A stretch of 64,000 nt of DNA from Rhynchobatus australiae (taxonomy: Eukaryota), in assembly GCA_034780895.1 (NCBI GenBank), contig JAUZTB010000069.1:16423866-16487865 (forward strand), read 5' to 3'. Each line of letters starts with the position of its first letter. Within the stretch, counting starts at the first letter, position 1. Of this stretch, positions 41,345-55,212 are shown piece by piece. The position numbers and the translations under genes are program-made. The notes beneath the pieces were generated by a model, which made no database searches, was not told where the DNA came from, and saw nothing but the letters and a program-made list of their open reading frames with translations.

Positions 41345-41590
41345 ACCTGCATCCAGGGAAACAGCGCCGGGACAGCACCTGCCGGCGATACAGGGAGCTT
41401 GCACCCAGGGAAACCGGCGAAGGCAGGGATACCTGCACCCGAGGAATCAGCTCAGGGCAGCACCTGCTGGCGGCACCTGCTGGCGGCACAGGGAACTGCA
41501 CCCGAGGAATCAGCGCCGGGGCGGCACCTGCTGACGGCACAGGGAACTGCACCCGGGGAAACAGCGCCGGGGCGGCACCTGGCGGATAAA
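41345..41590 (-). repeat. Tandem array of the same ~51-bp unit (cluster 2)
   Basis: gggaaacagcgccggggcggcacctgctggcggcacagggaactgcaccc-type units about 5 times; one decayed unit at ~40778-40840. Confidence 0.85.
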
Positions 41591-42799
41591 TGGGGAGCTT
41601 CAATATGTGGATTGAGGTAAATCTCACCATTAAAAATCGCTTAACTTCTGACATACTTTCACTAGCGGACCGAAAATTCCTCCAATTAATATTTTCGTTT
41701 GTTTATAATCGTCCCAGATCTCTATTCCTCCGAGAGACGCGTAATTCTGCCCTCATGTGCAATCCCCACCTCCATCCCCCAGCCCCAGGGCTTTGCTGCC
41801 CAGCCCCAGCGTCGGTTAATTCGGTGTCCTCCTCTCCAGCTTCTCAACACCAGTTTCTACCCAGAGCCAAGCTGCATCTATGTAAAACCTTGAACTTCTC
41901 ATAAATGCCTCCAGAACCAAACTGGGCGTTCTTAATTGCTTTATTGGGGCTTACTATAATGTCAAAGCCAAAGTACTACAGATGCGGGAAATAGTTGTCA
42001 AGTCAGGCAACATCTGTGGAGAAATAAACAAAGGTAATGGTTCAGGTATTTGAAGGGCCACCGATCTGAAACAGTGACAGCTCTCTCCAAAGATGCTGTC
42101 TCTCTGTTTCTCTTTTATTTTTGCTTAATTTCCTTGCACTTGTATTTTCCTCTGATAATGAAATCCAGAAACGTGTATTCTTCTATTAATAGAATCATTG
42201 GACGAATCTTACTGGTTGTGGCTGTTCTTCTTTGAACTGCTGATAGTCAACTGTGTCTACACAAGCAAGCCCCAGATTTACATGGGCCCTCTGTAGGTCT
42301 GAGACAAACTCACTGACAGATACCACTGATCCTTCACCGTCAGAGGCGGGAAATGACTGAAGACCCCGCTCATTTCAATGGATATTTTCAACCTGGTGAA
42401 TGGGAGAGGTAGGCAATATCATTTAAAATATTTTATTTCAATCTAATGTTTTTATTGATGTGTAAGTATGTTCACGTGTTTTAATAACTTTAATTTTTCA
42501 TATAGTTTTTATAATTTCTTCAGTTTTCATAGTTTATAAATGTCCTTGAGTATCAGAGATATTTAAAAAGTTTAAAATTGCTTTGAAGGTTTTAGCAGGA
42601 GATGATGTTCCAGTCCAGGTTATTCCTGGGGCAGGTCCTCAGAAATGGCTGCCTCAGGCCTTGCTACCAGTTGGCAAAATCAGCTCTTTGCATCTGGCCC
42701 AGCTTCAGTTTTTTCTGAAATTCCATTGATGATGGTTAAGGATCAGTGTTAACAGTGATGAAATATTCTGTTGTTATTTCCAATTGTTGGCATTTCCTC

Positions 42800-43250
42800 A
42801 GCAGATATTTGCAGTGTCAGTATTCCCAGTGCTGATACTCTCAGTTGTTTGATTTACCAATGCTGATATGCAATATATCATCATTTTTATTCCCAGTATT
42901 AATATTGCCAGTGATAAACTTACCAGTGCTGATATTCCCAGTTAGTGTTTCCAGTGCTAACACTCCCAGTTTCAATGTTTCCGATACTGATATCCCTAGG
43001 TTCACTGTTTCTGGTGCCGACACTCCCAGTGATAGTATTTCCAGTGCTGACATTCCCAGTGTCTGTACCTGCAGTGGTGGCACTCCCAGTGTCAGTGTTT
43101 CCTGTGGTGACACTCCCAGTGTCAGTGTTTCCTGTGGTGACACTCCCAGTGTCAGTGTTTCCAGTGGTGATACTCCCAGTCTCAGTGTCTGCAGTGGTGA
43201 CACTCCCAGTGACAGTGCTTCCAGTGCCGGTACTCTCACTGATGATATTC
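42800..43250. repeat. 30-bp minisatellite with 15-bp sub-period
   Basis: cactcccagtgtcagtgtttcc(t/a)gtggtga repeated about 10 times in register, decaying leftwards. Confidence 0.9.
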
Positions 43251-44429
43251 CCCATGGTCTTTGATCCTCTTTCAATGACTTAGTAATTGATACTTTGCTG
43301 CTTTTGTCCTGTTTGGGTTCCAGAAATCCATGAAAACAAACAGTTTGAATGAATTCAAATCTTGTGCAGGCTGCCTCCCATGATCGTTAAATTATACATG
43401 GGGCAGGTGAGAGGGGTTGGCACCCGGATTGTAATTTCAGCCGCCCCATCCTCCCACCCTCCACTGACCTTTGGTTTAGTATTTCCTCTCTGCCTCTTGT
43501 AAAATCAGTCACATTTAAACTACAACCAACTGTCACGCAGGCTGGGCAAAGATTAAATAAACAGAAAGAATATGAGAGGCTGCTGGAAAGTAAAAGCTAA
43601 TGATACTTGGGAGCCCAGAGGGTTCCACCCCTCCACCGCGCCACAAAATCTACCATGCATCTTGGAATCGGCTGAGCATTCTGCCTGTGTCCACCAGCCT
43701 TTGAAACCTGCCTCAGTGGGAGAGCCCTCAGCCTCTGTCAGCAGCTCCTGCCCACGGCCCAAGGTAGCCAAACCTCCAGTCTGGAGTCTCCAGGGATCGA
43801 AGATTATTTCCCAGGACGCTGCTCTGAGCAATACCTGAGAGAAAAACCATCCTAGAATTAGAACAACCCCATCTTTAAAAAATATATTAGAAATATTAAA
43901 GAGTTCTGAAGATTTTTGTTTATTGGTCATGAAAGTAATGGACGTGGGAAAAGGAAAGGCCTTTTGACGTACAATCAATAATCATCAATTTATGATGCAA
44001 AGAGGCAACTTTCCTTCTAATTGGCCATGGGAGGACAAGCTGTGGTGATGGACGTGTTAGGTGACCAATGACAGGGATATATTGGTGGAGCTGTTGGAGA
44101 CGTGAAACCTTCAAGAATATGTCCAACCAGAGTTGGTAAATATACCCCTCCTGAAAACCCCCTTGGGGTAGTTTGCTTTGCAAGAGGTATTAAATAAATG
44201 TGAGATATTGTTGGAAAGATTCTGGCCTCCAGTCAAAGCAAGTTTGTTCATTGTCTAAACCCTCAGTGTATAAGTTCCCTTTATATAGTGGAGCTCGCTG
44301 TGTCAGCCTTTGATCAGAAGACATTCCAGAGACTTGAGCACACAAACTAGCAAAAGCTTTATGAATATTACTGAAGACGTGTAGCAGTTGCAGTTCATAA
44401 CCAGTGAGGAAATGTCTGCCTTTTCAGCT

Positions 44430-44850
44430 AGATACTAAAGATTCCAAGGTGTATTTTGAAAAAGAGGGAGGTTCTCCTGGTGTCTTGGCCAACATTCATC
44501 CCCATCCCAGAGTCTTGAGCATAAAGATCTCAGCTAACACTGCAGTGGATTACTGAAGGAAGCCTTTACATTTTGAGTCTTTCAAAAGAGATATTAAGCC
44601 AATGCTCCACCATGCCCTCTCAGGTAGAAGCAAAAATAATCCCATGGCACTAATTACAAGAAGAGCAGAAGTGTTATCCTGGGCGTCTAAACCAACAGGG
44701 TTGAAAACAGATCATCTGGTCTTTGTCACACTGCTGTTTATTGGAGCTTGCTGCATGCTTCATACTTTGCACTTGTATCTACATTTAAAAAAAATAATTG
44801 GCTGTGAAGCACTTCAGGGCTATTTGAGGTTGTGAAAACATTGCAAGTCT
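44430..44850 (+). mobile_element. DeuSINE-like (SacSINE1/AmnSINE-type) remnant
   Basis: aatcccatggcacta..aagaagagcag..tcctgg..acagatcatctggtc..tcacactgctgttt..ggagcttgctg..attggctgtgaagcacttcagg..tgaggttgtgaaa; related copies at ~34300-34560, 47860-48190, 51690-51820, 54800-54950, 59690-59890 and 61460-61620. Confidence 0.55.
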
Positions 44851-45739
44851 GTCCTTTTAATGTAGAAACAGTATTCTGAGATTTCAACACATCCTTTCTT
44901 CTGGTTTTAATGCTCAATTTCCACAGTGAGTTGCAATACCGCACAGCAGTTAATTTGCCTAACAAATCGTTTATCTCCTCATGTGTCAAAATTGTGCCTG
45001 AATTCACTCCTGTGAAGGGTTGTGGAATGTTTATCTACATTAGTACTACATTAATGGAGACTTTCTCTTCTGTGATGGATGGCCAGTTGGGAATTGCTTT
45101 TATTTTCCACTTGTTCCTACGACTCTCTGCTTCCCTACAGACACCCCCGCCTTACAAAAGCAAATAACATCCACGTCTATCAACAACAGACTGGATAGAT
45201 CAGCTGATCTCCCTATTGTCTGCTATTGTAGTCTCTTTGTGTACTTATTGTACTCATTTCTAAATGAGAAGCCCATTCAGTTTAATTTGTTAAATATGTT
45301 TCTATCTTAGGGTTGAAAGTTGTTCTACCTCAGCCTGATGAAGTCATTTGTGTAAGTGGTTTGATGCAAGTTCCCTTAAGTTTAATGTAGATGGCATCTC
45401 AGCTCACATCAGTAACTTGCTGTCCCTGCTCCCTGTTTAATGGGCTTGGTTGATTTGTAGGCTGCAATATAATTAACTAATCCAGCAGAGAACTAAAACT
45501 GAAGCTGCCGTTAGTGCGTTCATTTAACAACGTTCACTTAAGAAAAGAGAGAACAATTTATGGATTTAATGGATTGAGTGAGGTTGCAAAGACTGGGCAC
45601 TGGGAGCTACCAAATGTAGAACTGATGCCCAAAAGCGTTCCCCAAGACCTTCATCCAACATAGTTAGTAATTGCACCTTGTTCACAGCTCAGGGAATCAC
45701 AAGGGAACTTTCATGTTTAGATTGAAGTGCTATATGTAT

Positions 45740-46680
45740 GTGACTATTTGCAGAGTGTCCCTAGGAGTATGTTATTATCTACAGAGAGTCACTAGGAGTG
45801 TGTCATTATTTACAAAGGTCCCCAGCAATGTGTGTATCGATAGTAATATACTGGTGTGGACTGAGGATTGGTTAATGTACAGAAAATAGAGAGTAAGTAC
45901 AAACGGATCATTTTCAGGTTGGGGATCTGTGACTGGCGGGATGCTGCAGGGATTGTCATTGGAACCCACTGTCCATAGCCTATATCAATGATTCAGATGA
46001 AGGGCTCAAGTGTTATATGTAGTATAAATTATGAGGATGAAGCAAAGAGGCTTCAAGGGGAACAGAGCGAATGAGTGAGGCTGTGGCAGATGAAACATAA
46101 TGTGGAAAAATGTGGGGTCATACTTTGATGGAAAAAAGAGAAAAGCAGATCTTATTCTAAATGGTGAGAGATTGAAAGGTGTTAGTAATGGGAGGGATGT
46201 GGGTGTCCTTGTACACAAATCACTCAAAGTTAACATGTCAGTGCAACAAGCAATTAGGAAGCAAATGGTATGTTGCAAGAGGTTGTGATTATAAGGGTCA
46301 GGGTGCCTTGGGCAAAGGCCATACTTAAAGGGCCATGGGGAAACTGCACCTGGTATATTGTGGACAGGTCTGGTCTCCTCACCCATGGATGGACGTATTT
46401 CCAATAGAGGGAAGAAAACAAAGGTTCACCTGATTGATTCCTGGGTTGGGAAGGATTGTCCTCTGAACAGAGATTAAGCAGGTTTAGTTTATATTCTGGA
46501 GAGTTTAAAAGAGTGAGAGGTGATCTTGTTGAAATGCACACAATTCTTAAAGGGTTTGATAGGGTAGATGTAGGATATTGTTTCCCCTGGCTGGGGCGTT
46601 AGACCCAGGTGTCTCAACCTCAAAATAAAGCATCAGGACAGAGACATTCCATTCAGAAAGGTCTTTACCTAGGGGTTGGN
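45740..46680 (+). mobile_element. Degenerate CR1-clade LINE fragment
   Basis: CR1 RT-like remnants (gaggattggttaatgtacagaaaa, agggatgtgggtgtccttgtacacaaatcactcaaagtt, gagaggtgatctt); limits approximate. Confidence 0.65.
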
Positions 46681-48494
46681 NNNNNNNNNNNNNNNNNNNN
46701 NNNNNNNNNNNNNNNNNNNNNNNNNNNNNNNNNNNNNNNNNNNNNNNNNNNNNNNNNNNNNNNNNNNNNNNNNNNNNNNNNNNNNNNNNNNNNNNNNNNN
46801 NNNNNNNNNNNNNNNNNNNNNNNNNNNNNNNNNNNNNNNNNNNNNNNNNNNNNNNNNNNNNNNNNNNNNNNNNNNNNNNNNNNNNNNNNNNNNNNNNNNN
46901 NNNNNNNNNNNNNNNNNNNNNNNNNNNNNNNNNNNNNNNNNNNNNNNNNNNNNNNNNNNNNNNNNNNNNNNNNNNNNNNNNNNNNNNNNNNNNNNNNNNN
47001 NNNNNNNNNNNACCTCAGTAATTGTAGCAGGTCTCTAGGATTGTGCTGGAGCGTGTAGGGTTTCCTGGTATACGCAGGCAGTTACACTATTTAACCGTCA
47101 GTGCATTGCACTCATATCCAAGCCTGAAATCAAGACTTCGCACCCCCTCCTCACCACCACCAACCAGTAGGTGGGAGTGAGCAGGAATGAAACTGCTGAT
47201 TAGTTAGCCCAAGGAAACACTGAAGTCAATAACAATTTCTGATACACTTTCTCAGTCACCTCAGCACAGACTTGAGAATCAAGCCACAAGACACAGCTGG
47301 CTGAGTTTTAATTTACAAAAGATATATGGATGACATGTGCCTGTGTTTTCAAATAGACAGGAAAATGAGAACTGTAGTCATCTACAGTGGATGATGTTTT
47401 ATTACGCAGGGAACATCTTCACTGTCCAGATGAATAGCTTCTCACATTAGCATTTATGTTAGCATTTATATGTTAGCATTTGTTATCATGTTAACATTTA
47501 TATATTTAAATTCTTGATCAGTGTGGGGCCTATCAATGTGGAAAACTCCAAGCTCTCTGCGAAATGTTTGAAGACAGTGTGACATTGTGTACGTTCCTCT
47601 CTCTCAGAGAGAGCTCTGGTTCTTTTCAAAGCACAGTCACCCAAAGGCTGGTTTCCTGTTTCCTACCAAACACTTTCCTTTAATAAGTTTTCAAAATATA
47701 AACCTGCTTTATTCCACAATGGAATCCTGGACAATCTCTTCCCTTCACTAATTCCTGGCCCAGAAGGGCTGTTCCTCTCTCACCACCAGATTCTCTCTCA
47801 TCCCATCTTCCGAGTTGGAAGTTCATGGGCTCAGCTCCCAATCCAGACTCTTGATCACAATCCCCAGGCTGAAAATCCAAGTGCAGTACAGAGAGTGTGC
47901 TGCTCTGTTGGAGGTGCCATTTTTCAACCTGCTCTTGACGCGTGAAAGATCCTTCAACATTAAACTGACCAAGAACATGAGAGATCTCCCCATTGTCCAG
48001 AGGTTAATATTTAATCCCTCAACCACATCGACAAAGCAGGTAATCTGCCTGTTAACTTGAGTACAGCCAACTCCCACTGGAGTTAAGTGTCACAAATCTA
48101 TGCTAACAACAGTATTCCAAAAGTACTTCACGGCTGTAAACTGCTTTGGAACATAATGAGATGTGCAAGATATTATGCAAATTAAAATCTGTTGTTATGG
48201 AAGTAACAGTTAATGACTGCATACATTTTCCATTAAATCTTCCTTGTGGCAAATTTTAAAACTCTGCAGTGAAGTAAATGTGCACAGTTTAATTTTTGTA
48301 CAATAACACCTAAGAAGACTTTTCTCTTCCCAGACTATGAAACTCACACCACAAGTTTAAATTTGGAAAATACCTTAGATTGCCAACTAGCTCCCCACAT
48401 TAATTAACACGAGGGGGAAGGAGTGTGAAATTTGACAGATACATTCCTTATTCCACCACACAAAGCAAAATGTCCTGCAGTTCCATAGGTAACT

Positions 48495-48780
48495 GCTGAA
48501 GGACCCTCAGGCAGTCCCTCAGAAACAAGGATAATTTACTTCCATTCCAATTCTGTGGGCTCTAAGGTCAACGTGGGAGCCACAGATTTTGTAACCTGAG
48601 CAGGAGATGCTTGGTGGAGCAGGTGGGCTGTTTAGGAGATGGTGCTGTCCCGCCACTTTTTATGCTAGACTTTTGTGTGCTCCCAACACATGGAGTTGAC
48701 GTCCTGAATGCCACTTGTCTACTTGGTTTGATTGTCCTGCCAATAGATTTAGAGAATTTTGCAGAGACAGCGTTGGTTGT
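48495..48780 (-). mobile_element. RTE-like LINE 3' fragment
   Basis: Tail agaattggaatggaagtaa..tccttg..gagggactgcct matches the tail of the 30.9-kb copy. Confidence 0.55.
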
Positions 48781-49429
48781 ATCTCTGTAGTACTTTGAGA
48801 TGCCTCCTGTGGATAATCTAAGTCTAGTAGGGCAGGGATCACTGCTGATCAGTAGACCATGACTTCTGGACTATGAGGTGATAACCTTCAAACAGTCTTT
48901 TCCTCAGACCACAAAGGTTATGCTGGTGCACTCAAGGTGTTGAAGAACTTTGTTGTTGCTGTTTGCCTTCACCAAGAGATGGTTCCTGAGATATGATAAA
49001 TAATTATTAAAGCACTGTATCAAAATGGTATAGATGTATAGCAAGGACTGTGTGAATTAAGCAATGTAGTTATGAACCATTGCTTAGATGTTGGCTAGAG
49101 CTGTCTACCCATCCTGGCACCACATTTTAGGAAGGGTTGTAAGGCATGAGGGAGTCTGAAGAGAAGATTTATGGGAATGATACCACAGCTGAGAAATCTT
49201 GAGATCAGAGAAGGTTAAAGGAAGATTTAATAGAGACAAATTTATCAGAGACTTTATAAAGAAGTTAGGATTTAGAAACAGGCAGAAAGGTCAGTATCAT
49301 GATGACACAGATTAAATCTTATGGGGAAAAAGGTCCAGAGGAAATTTGTCTTATCTACCCACTGACTTGTTAAGATCTGGAAAGGGCAATGCAGTAGATT
49401 CATTATATCTTTCAATAGAGAAATGGGTT

Positions 49430-49770
49430 GCATGGTAATATAGCAGTCAGCACTGGTACCTCAGAGCTCCAGGGAGCTGGGTTCGATCAGTACCTTGGGT
49501 ACTGTCAGTGTGGAGTTTGCATGTGTTCCATGTGACCTCATAGTTTTCTTCCCATGTCACAAAAGAAGTGCTGGTAGGTTAGTTAGCTACTGTAAATTAC
49601 TCCTTGGTGCAGCTAATTGAAAAAAGAATCAAGTTGATGGGCATGAGTCACAGGGAATATGTTGATGGACTACAAGGAAATACATAGAAAGGCTGTGGAA
49701 TGGATGGGATTGCTCTGCTAGGAGCTGGCATGGACCCGATGGGCTGAACGACCTCCTTCAGTGCTGTAAT
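49430..49770 (+). mobile_element. Degenerate V-SINE
   Basis: cctcagagctccagggagctgggttcgatc..tgtcagtgtggagtttgcatgtgttcc..gagctggcatggacccgatgggctgaacgacctcc; related copies at ~17480-17700 and ~35030-35330. Confidence 0.6.
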
Positions 49771-52765
49771 AAGTGTAAATACTTTTGTAGAACCACAGGG
49801 TAAGAAGAGGAGCACTGGAGATAATTGGACAGCTGTACAAGAACCATACATTCTATGCAGTATGGTTCTTGATGTTATGAATTAAGAGTTATCAATTGGA
49901 GTGGTCCTATGAATAATTGAAGTGTTATTAAAAATTAATTCCCAGGTTGTATGCATCATTGGCAAGGCTGACAGACTTTGGCCATCACTTTTCATTCTTG
50001 AGGTTATGCTGGGCCTTTGTAAGAAAGCCCATGTACATGCCGGATTAGGAGGGTTTTTTAAATTTCTAACACAATTGTGGATTTTTACTATGGCTAGACA
50101 TACTGTGAACCAGAACATGAAGTGTCAGAGAACAACTTAGCTCACTGTAGTGTAGGCTTCTACTGAAAGCTTAACCCATCTGAGCAGAGGTAGTCAGAAA
50201 TTGTGAAGTGAGATGAGCCAGGGACAAATGACGGAGAGCAACATAGTGAACTCAGTGACCAGTTTCATTTTGTGATGATAAACGAGTCAGCATCTGGTGT
50301 TTTGTAGGAACTACCTCATTACAGGGATGCTTTGTACAGGATAACTATATCAGGACATAATGAATCATCTTGGATACTATGTGCATGGCTAGAGACCTAT
50401 AAACATTTTAAGCTTCCCTTCGTGATTTATAGAGATGAATAACAAAAGACTCAATAAGGCTTACAACACCACCGAGACACAAACTACTGTAACTGTACAT
50501 CTATTGCTCAGAGACAATGGATGAATCAACAACTTGTTGAACACAAAAAGTTGCCAATCCTTTTTAGTTGTGCGGTTGGAATTCTCTTCTGCCTTATTCA
50601 GGAATGCTGCGATCAGTGTGCTGAAGAAACAAATGCAGTTGTGTTAGAGAGGGAATTCCAGGATTTTGACCCAATGACAATTGGTCAATGCATATCCAAA
50701 TAGGAATCATGTGTAAGTTGGGGGAAACCAGAGTGGAGGTGATGGTGTTGGTACATCAGCCTTTGTACAAAGCCTTTGTACTTTTTAAGTGAAGGAAATC
50801 TTTGGTGTGGTTTGAGAGAGGTTAGTTTACACTGAAATTGCTTTACTTTCAAAACTGCTCCACGGTCTTGGGTGACCTCCAACTAGCCAGCTTGGTGATA
50901 CTTGCATCGGTACAGCCACCACACAGATTTGCATGAATGACAGAGGGGTTGTGATGTGCTGGATCCATGGCAGGAGCCATCAGCTGACCAAGGTAACATT
51001 AGTGTTCAGCTCCTAACAGAATGGCCTGAGGGTCCAGAGGAGCAAGAACATCTTCNNNNNNNCCCCCCCCCCCCCCAAGCCTCACTAATCCTGGCCTCCT
51101 GCACAGCAGGTCTTACTAGGACCCCCTGTAAAGCCTTCTTCCCACATATCCTGCCCACAGATGCTCCTGCCAGTTGCCATGTTCCTGCTCTCAGCTTCCA
51201 GTCAGGCAGGCAGAGGACCAGCCAAGAATTCTTCAAACAAGGTCCTGATGTCATAATGATAGGAGACCTCCAGCTTCCCTGTTCCCTTCTTACTTCCCTG
51301 TTAACATCAGGGCCAATGAAAGTGGGACACCAAAGACAGGCAATGTAGTTTCAGCCTGCTGGCTCTGTCTAGTAAACAGTAAGTAAATCGTCAACCACAA
51401 TCTTCTGGGATGTGTACTTAATAACCTTTCTGATGAAGAACAATGGCAGGAGGGAGAAAGTTGGCTGAAATGGACCTTTTATCAAATTTACAATTCAAGT
51501 CACACTCAGTCACTGTCTGTACAAGTGGTGACTTCTCAACATCACCCACCAGTCAGAAGGAGGAGAAAGATGGTCATGGCTGTAAACTATTCATGCAGTC
51601 ATCCACCACCATTAAAGATTTAGAAGACAGCATGTGTGTGTTCTGAAAAAATCCTCTGCTCAAAATAAATCTCGGCATCTTAAAAAAAGACTCACATGTA
51701 TATGTGACCTCAGAATGTCCCAAAGCACTTTACAGTCAGTGAAGTACTTTTTTGAAATGTGGTCACCTTTGTAACGTAGGAAAGGTAGTAGCCAATATTT
51801 GCACAGCAAGCTCCCACTAACAATAATGTCAAAACTCCTCAGCATAGAAGGAGAGAACAAAGATAACAGATCAGTGAAGATTTTGGTGTGTTTGAGTCTC
51901 TCCCACACCTACCTTAGGAAGGGAGCTGCCAATGTTGGAGCTGACCAATGGAAGACACTGCACTCCTGGGCTGATGGCTCTTCTGGCCTGCCTGCCCTCG
52001 CTGTGGGGAAATGCTTTACCCTGCTCCAGGCCTATGCTGAGGCAATTGAAATCAACCAGTAACCATGTGGATGACTTGGTAACTCTGTCTGGATGATTTG
52101 TGAGAGCTTTTGTTACATGACTTCCTGCTCCAGCCATTGGTCAGCTGACACGTCCATTCTCATAAAGTACCAGTCAGAAAGTGACCAGAACTGTTATCTG
52201 ATGATTCTTGAGTCAATTTATTCTCTTCAATGTATTTCTCATTATTACTTTGTCTGATTTAACTGTCAGAGGAAACTCCAGGCCAACCTTGACAGTTAAC
52301 AACCTTACCAAAGGTGCAGCAAACCCAGGTCTTTGTTGTGCCCTGATGGGGCCTCCACGTGCTGCCCAGAGGTCCCTCAAACTTAACATGTTCTTTGATT
52401 ATCTGAGGCATGAGTTGGAGCAAGTTGGAGCTGCAGATTTGGGGCTGAGGACAGAGCTTCCTTTGCAGTTCTTTTTCTTCAGTAATGCGGTGGTTGGTAA
52501 TTTCACTCTTTGTAGGTTAAGTAAACGTGACAGGAATCCATTTTGCATCTACAAATTTCCAAAAATTGTTCAGCAGTTTGATGAAAGCAATATAATGAGA
52601 GTGTTTGTCACTTTTCTCAAATTCTGAAACAACAGAGACCTCAACCGCTCAGCCTTGCATTGTATATTATGTCTTTGGAGAATTCAGATAGACAAGCATG
52701 CTCGGAATCTGGAAGAACCCAACATCTGAACTGAATTGCAGTTTAAATTGTGAGAGGTTAGTCTT

Positions 52766-53095
52766 AGAATCATAGAAAGTACAGCACAGTACAGGCCCTT
52801 CGGCCCACAATGTGCCTACCTTTAAACCTCGCCTAAGACTATCTAACCCCTTCCCCCCAACATATCCCTCTATTTTAAATTCCTCTATATGCCTATCTAG
52901 CAATCTCTTGAATTTGATCAATGTACCTGCCTCCACCACCACCCCAGGCAGTGCACTCCATGCCCCAACCACTCTCTGGGAACAAAACCTCCCTCTGATA
53001 TCTCCCTTGAACTTCCCACCCATTACTTTAAAGCCATGCCCTCTTGTATTGAGCATTGGTTCCCTGGGAGAGAGGCACTGGCTGTCCACTCTGTC
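52766..53095 (-). mobile_element. CR1-clade LINE 3' end, relatively intact
   Basis: NTRGHGFKVMGGKFKGDIRGRFCSQRVVGAWSALPGVVVEAGTLIKFKRLLDRH is the typical CR1 ORF2 C-terminus, followed by the gggccgaagggcctgtactgtgctgtac tail. Confidence 0.85.
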
Positions 53096-53509
53096 TGTGG
53101 GAGTGGGTGGAGGGGAGGCTTGTGCTCATTAAATCAATGCGTAAAACTCACTGAAGAAGGTGGATGAGGTTATAATGCAGAGCTGCTTCGAACACTGTAC
53201 ACAATTGTAATCCACCAGGAACTTCCCTAGTTCTGCAGTGCAAGCCATGTATTCAGGACAGGCCTGCAAAGGGTCTCACTGTAATACACGAAGGAAAATG
53301 AGAATGTGCGAAGTCCATGCAGATGGCACCCAAGCTCAGATTGAACCTGGGTCTCTGGTGCTGTGAGGAAGTGGCATCACCAGCTGTGTCACTGGGCTGT
53401 CCCAAGAGGAGGGCTTGTAAAGGGGGCAGTATCCCATCCTGAAAAATATGGTCACATGATTATAGAAAGCCACATCTGAAGGAGAATCTTACAGCACAGG
53501 AGCTGGACC

Positions 53510-53726
53510 ATCACCAGTTGATCCTGGTTGCATCACCGCCTGGTATGGAGGCTCCAATGTGCAGGATCAAAGATGCTGCAAAGCGTTGTAGACTCATCCA
53601 GCTCCATCACGGACATCTTCAAGAGGCAGTGCCTCAGGAAGGCAGGATCCATCGTTTAAGAACCCTCACTACCTGGGACATGCCCTCTTTGCATTACTAC
53701 CATTGGGGAGGAGGTACAGGAGCCTG
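53510..53726 (+). mobile_element. Rex1/Babar-like LINE fragment
   Basis: Remnants GCITAWYG...LRKAGSI...GHAL..LLPLGRRYRSL, typical of the Rex1/Babar C-terminus. Confidence 0.55.
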
Positions 53727-55206
53727 ATTTTAAGAAGGAATTTTGAGGAGAGAGTTGAAAGTGGAGAGATTTAGGGAGGGAATTTCATGACTCAGCTGAG
53801 GCATGGCTGCCAGTGGTGGGATGAGAAAAGTCAGGGATGTGCAAGAATCCAGAATTGGAAGAGTGCAGAGATCTTAAAGGATCGGGCAAGTTTACAGATA
53901 CAGGGAAGGCCAAATGCTGGAAGGTTTTGAGCAGGTGAATAAGAACCCAAAGCATTCCCAGTCCAGTGGGAACATAGGTCTGTATCTGCAGGATTGGCAG
54001 TAAACTCGTCTTGATCAGATTAAGGGCAGCAGAGTTTCAGAGTAGCTCATGTTTGTGGTGAGTGGGAAGTGCTTGAAGATAATTTTAGCAGCACTTTAAC
54101 TGACCGTTGGGCTGCTTTGTGGAGTGTTTCCACCAGGCACTGGCTGATATGCCTGTTTTATTTTTTTTATCCAGTGTTTTGTTTTGATCACATTGTACAA
54201 CTATAACGGTAATCAATGCAAGCTGTAATTTACTGTTAGGACAAGGGAGGCAATTATGTTCCATAATAAACTGTTTCAAAAATAGTTTGAGATCTTTTAT
54301 TTTGTAAACCATCTTGGTGCAAAGGCAGCCTTAGACTTTTCCAACGCTTGTACAATAAACTCTTGTGCAGATTGCTTGAACCTTGATTAGCAGACTGAAT
54401 ATTCTGAGGTGAAATGGTTTCCATACAAAAAGCTCTGAAACTGAAGCCTCAGTTTGTGAGATTCAGCATTTATTATCCTGAGGCATGGCAGTAAGCCATT
54501 TTCTTGCCCTGCTGTGGCTGTGTGGTGAAAGCAGCTCCGTGATGCTGCTGGGCAGGGACTACTAGGACTCTGATCCATTGGCAGTGAATGAATAGTGATG
54601 TATTTCCAAGTTGGGATGGTGTGTGGCTTGTGGAGAATCCTAGAAGTGACGGTATTCCCATGCAGCTGAATGTAGAGAATGGCAGGGGACTGGTTTTACT
54701 TAATTGGGTGAAAGATCGAACATAGCTCCATCTGAAATCTGAGGTCACTATTTTGAACGACTGCAGTGAGTTATTCCCTAAAAACAATTTCTGTATTGCA
54801 GTTTGTGGGAATTTGCTGTGGAGAAATGGCTGCTGCGTTCCCTACATTGCCCTGGTGAATCCACTTCAGAAATTACCTGTTCTGTGAAGTGCCCCAGGCC
54901 ACGCTGAGGTGGGGGACAGTGCTTCAGAAATGCAAGTTCGTTCTTTCTTTAGAAGCAGGAAGTTCTCCTTGTGTCCTTACCTTAACCACCAACACCATCA
55001 GAGGCAGACCAACTTGTGATTCAGATTACTGCTAGTGGACTCAGCTCGGACAGTGGCAGTAACTGTTCTTAAAGGCAATTCCTTGGCACGCACTTGAGAA
55101 CTTTCTGAGGCACATAATAAGTTGTGGTACAACTGCATAAACTAGAATGCAACCAAAGCTTTATATGAAAATAATCAACCCAATATCATTACAGAATACA
55201 AATGCA

Positions 55207-55212
55207 TTTAAT
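55207..55212 (-). terminator. Candidate PLPP7 polyadenylation signal ATTAAA
   Basis: ATTAAA about 0.9 kb after the coding exon, followed by T/GT-rich sequence on the minus strand; an AATAAA near 55545 is an alternative. Confidence 0.4.

Noticed and set aside
39470-41590. CRISPR-like appearance of the 51-bp repeats
   Set aside because: Eukaryotic context, no unique spacers and no cas genes.
42841-43283. Repetitive ORFs on both strands (TGSVTTGNTD / VSVSCGDTPS)
   Set aside because: Translation of a 30-bp minisatellite; no splice or homology support.
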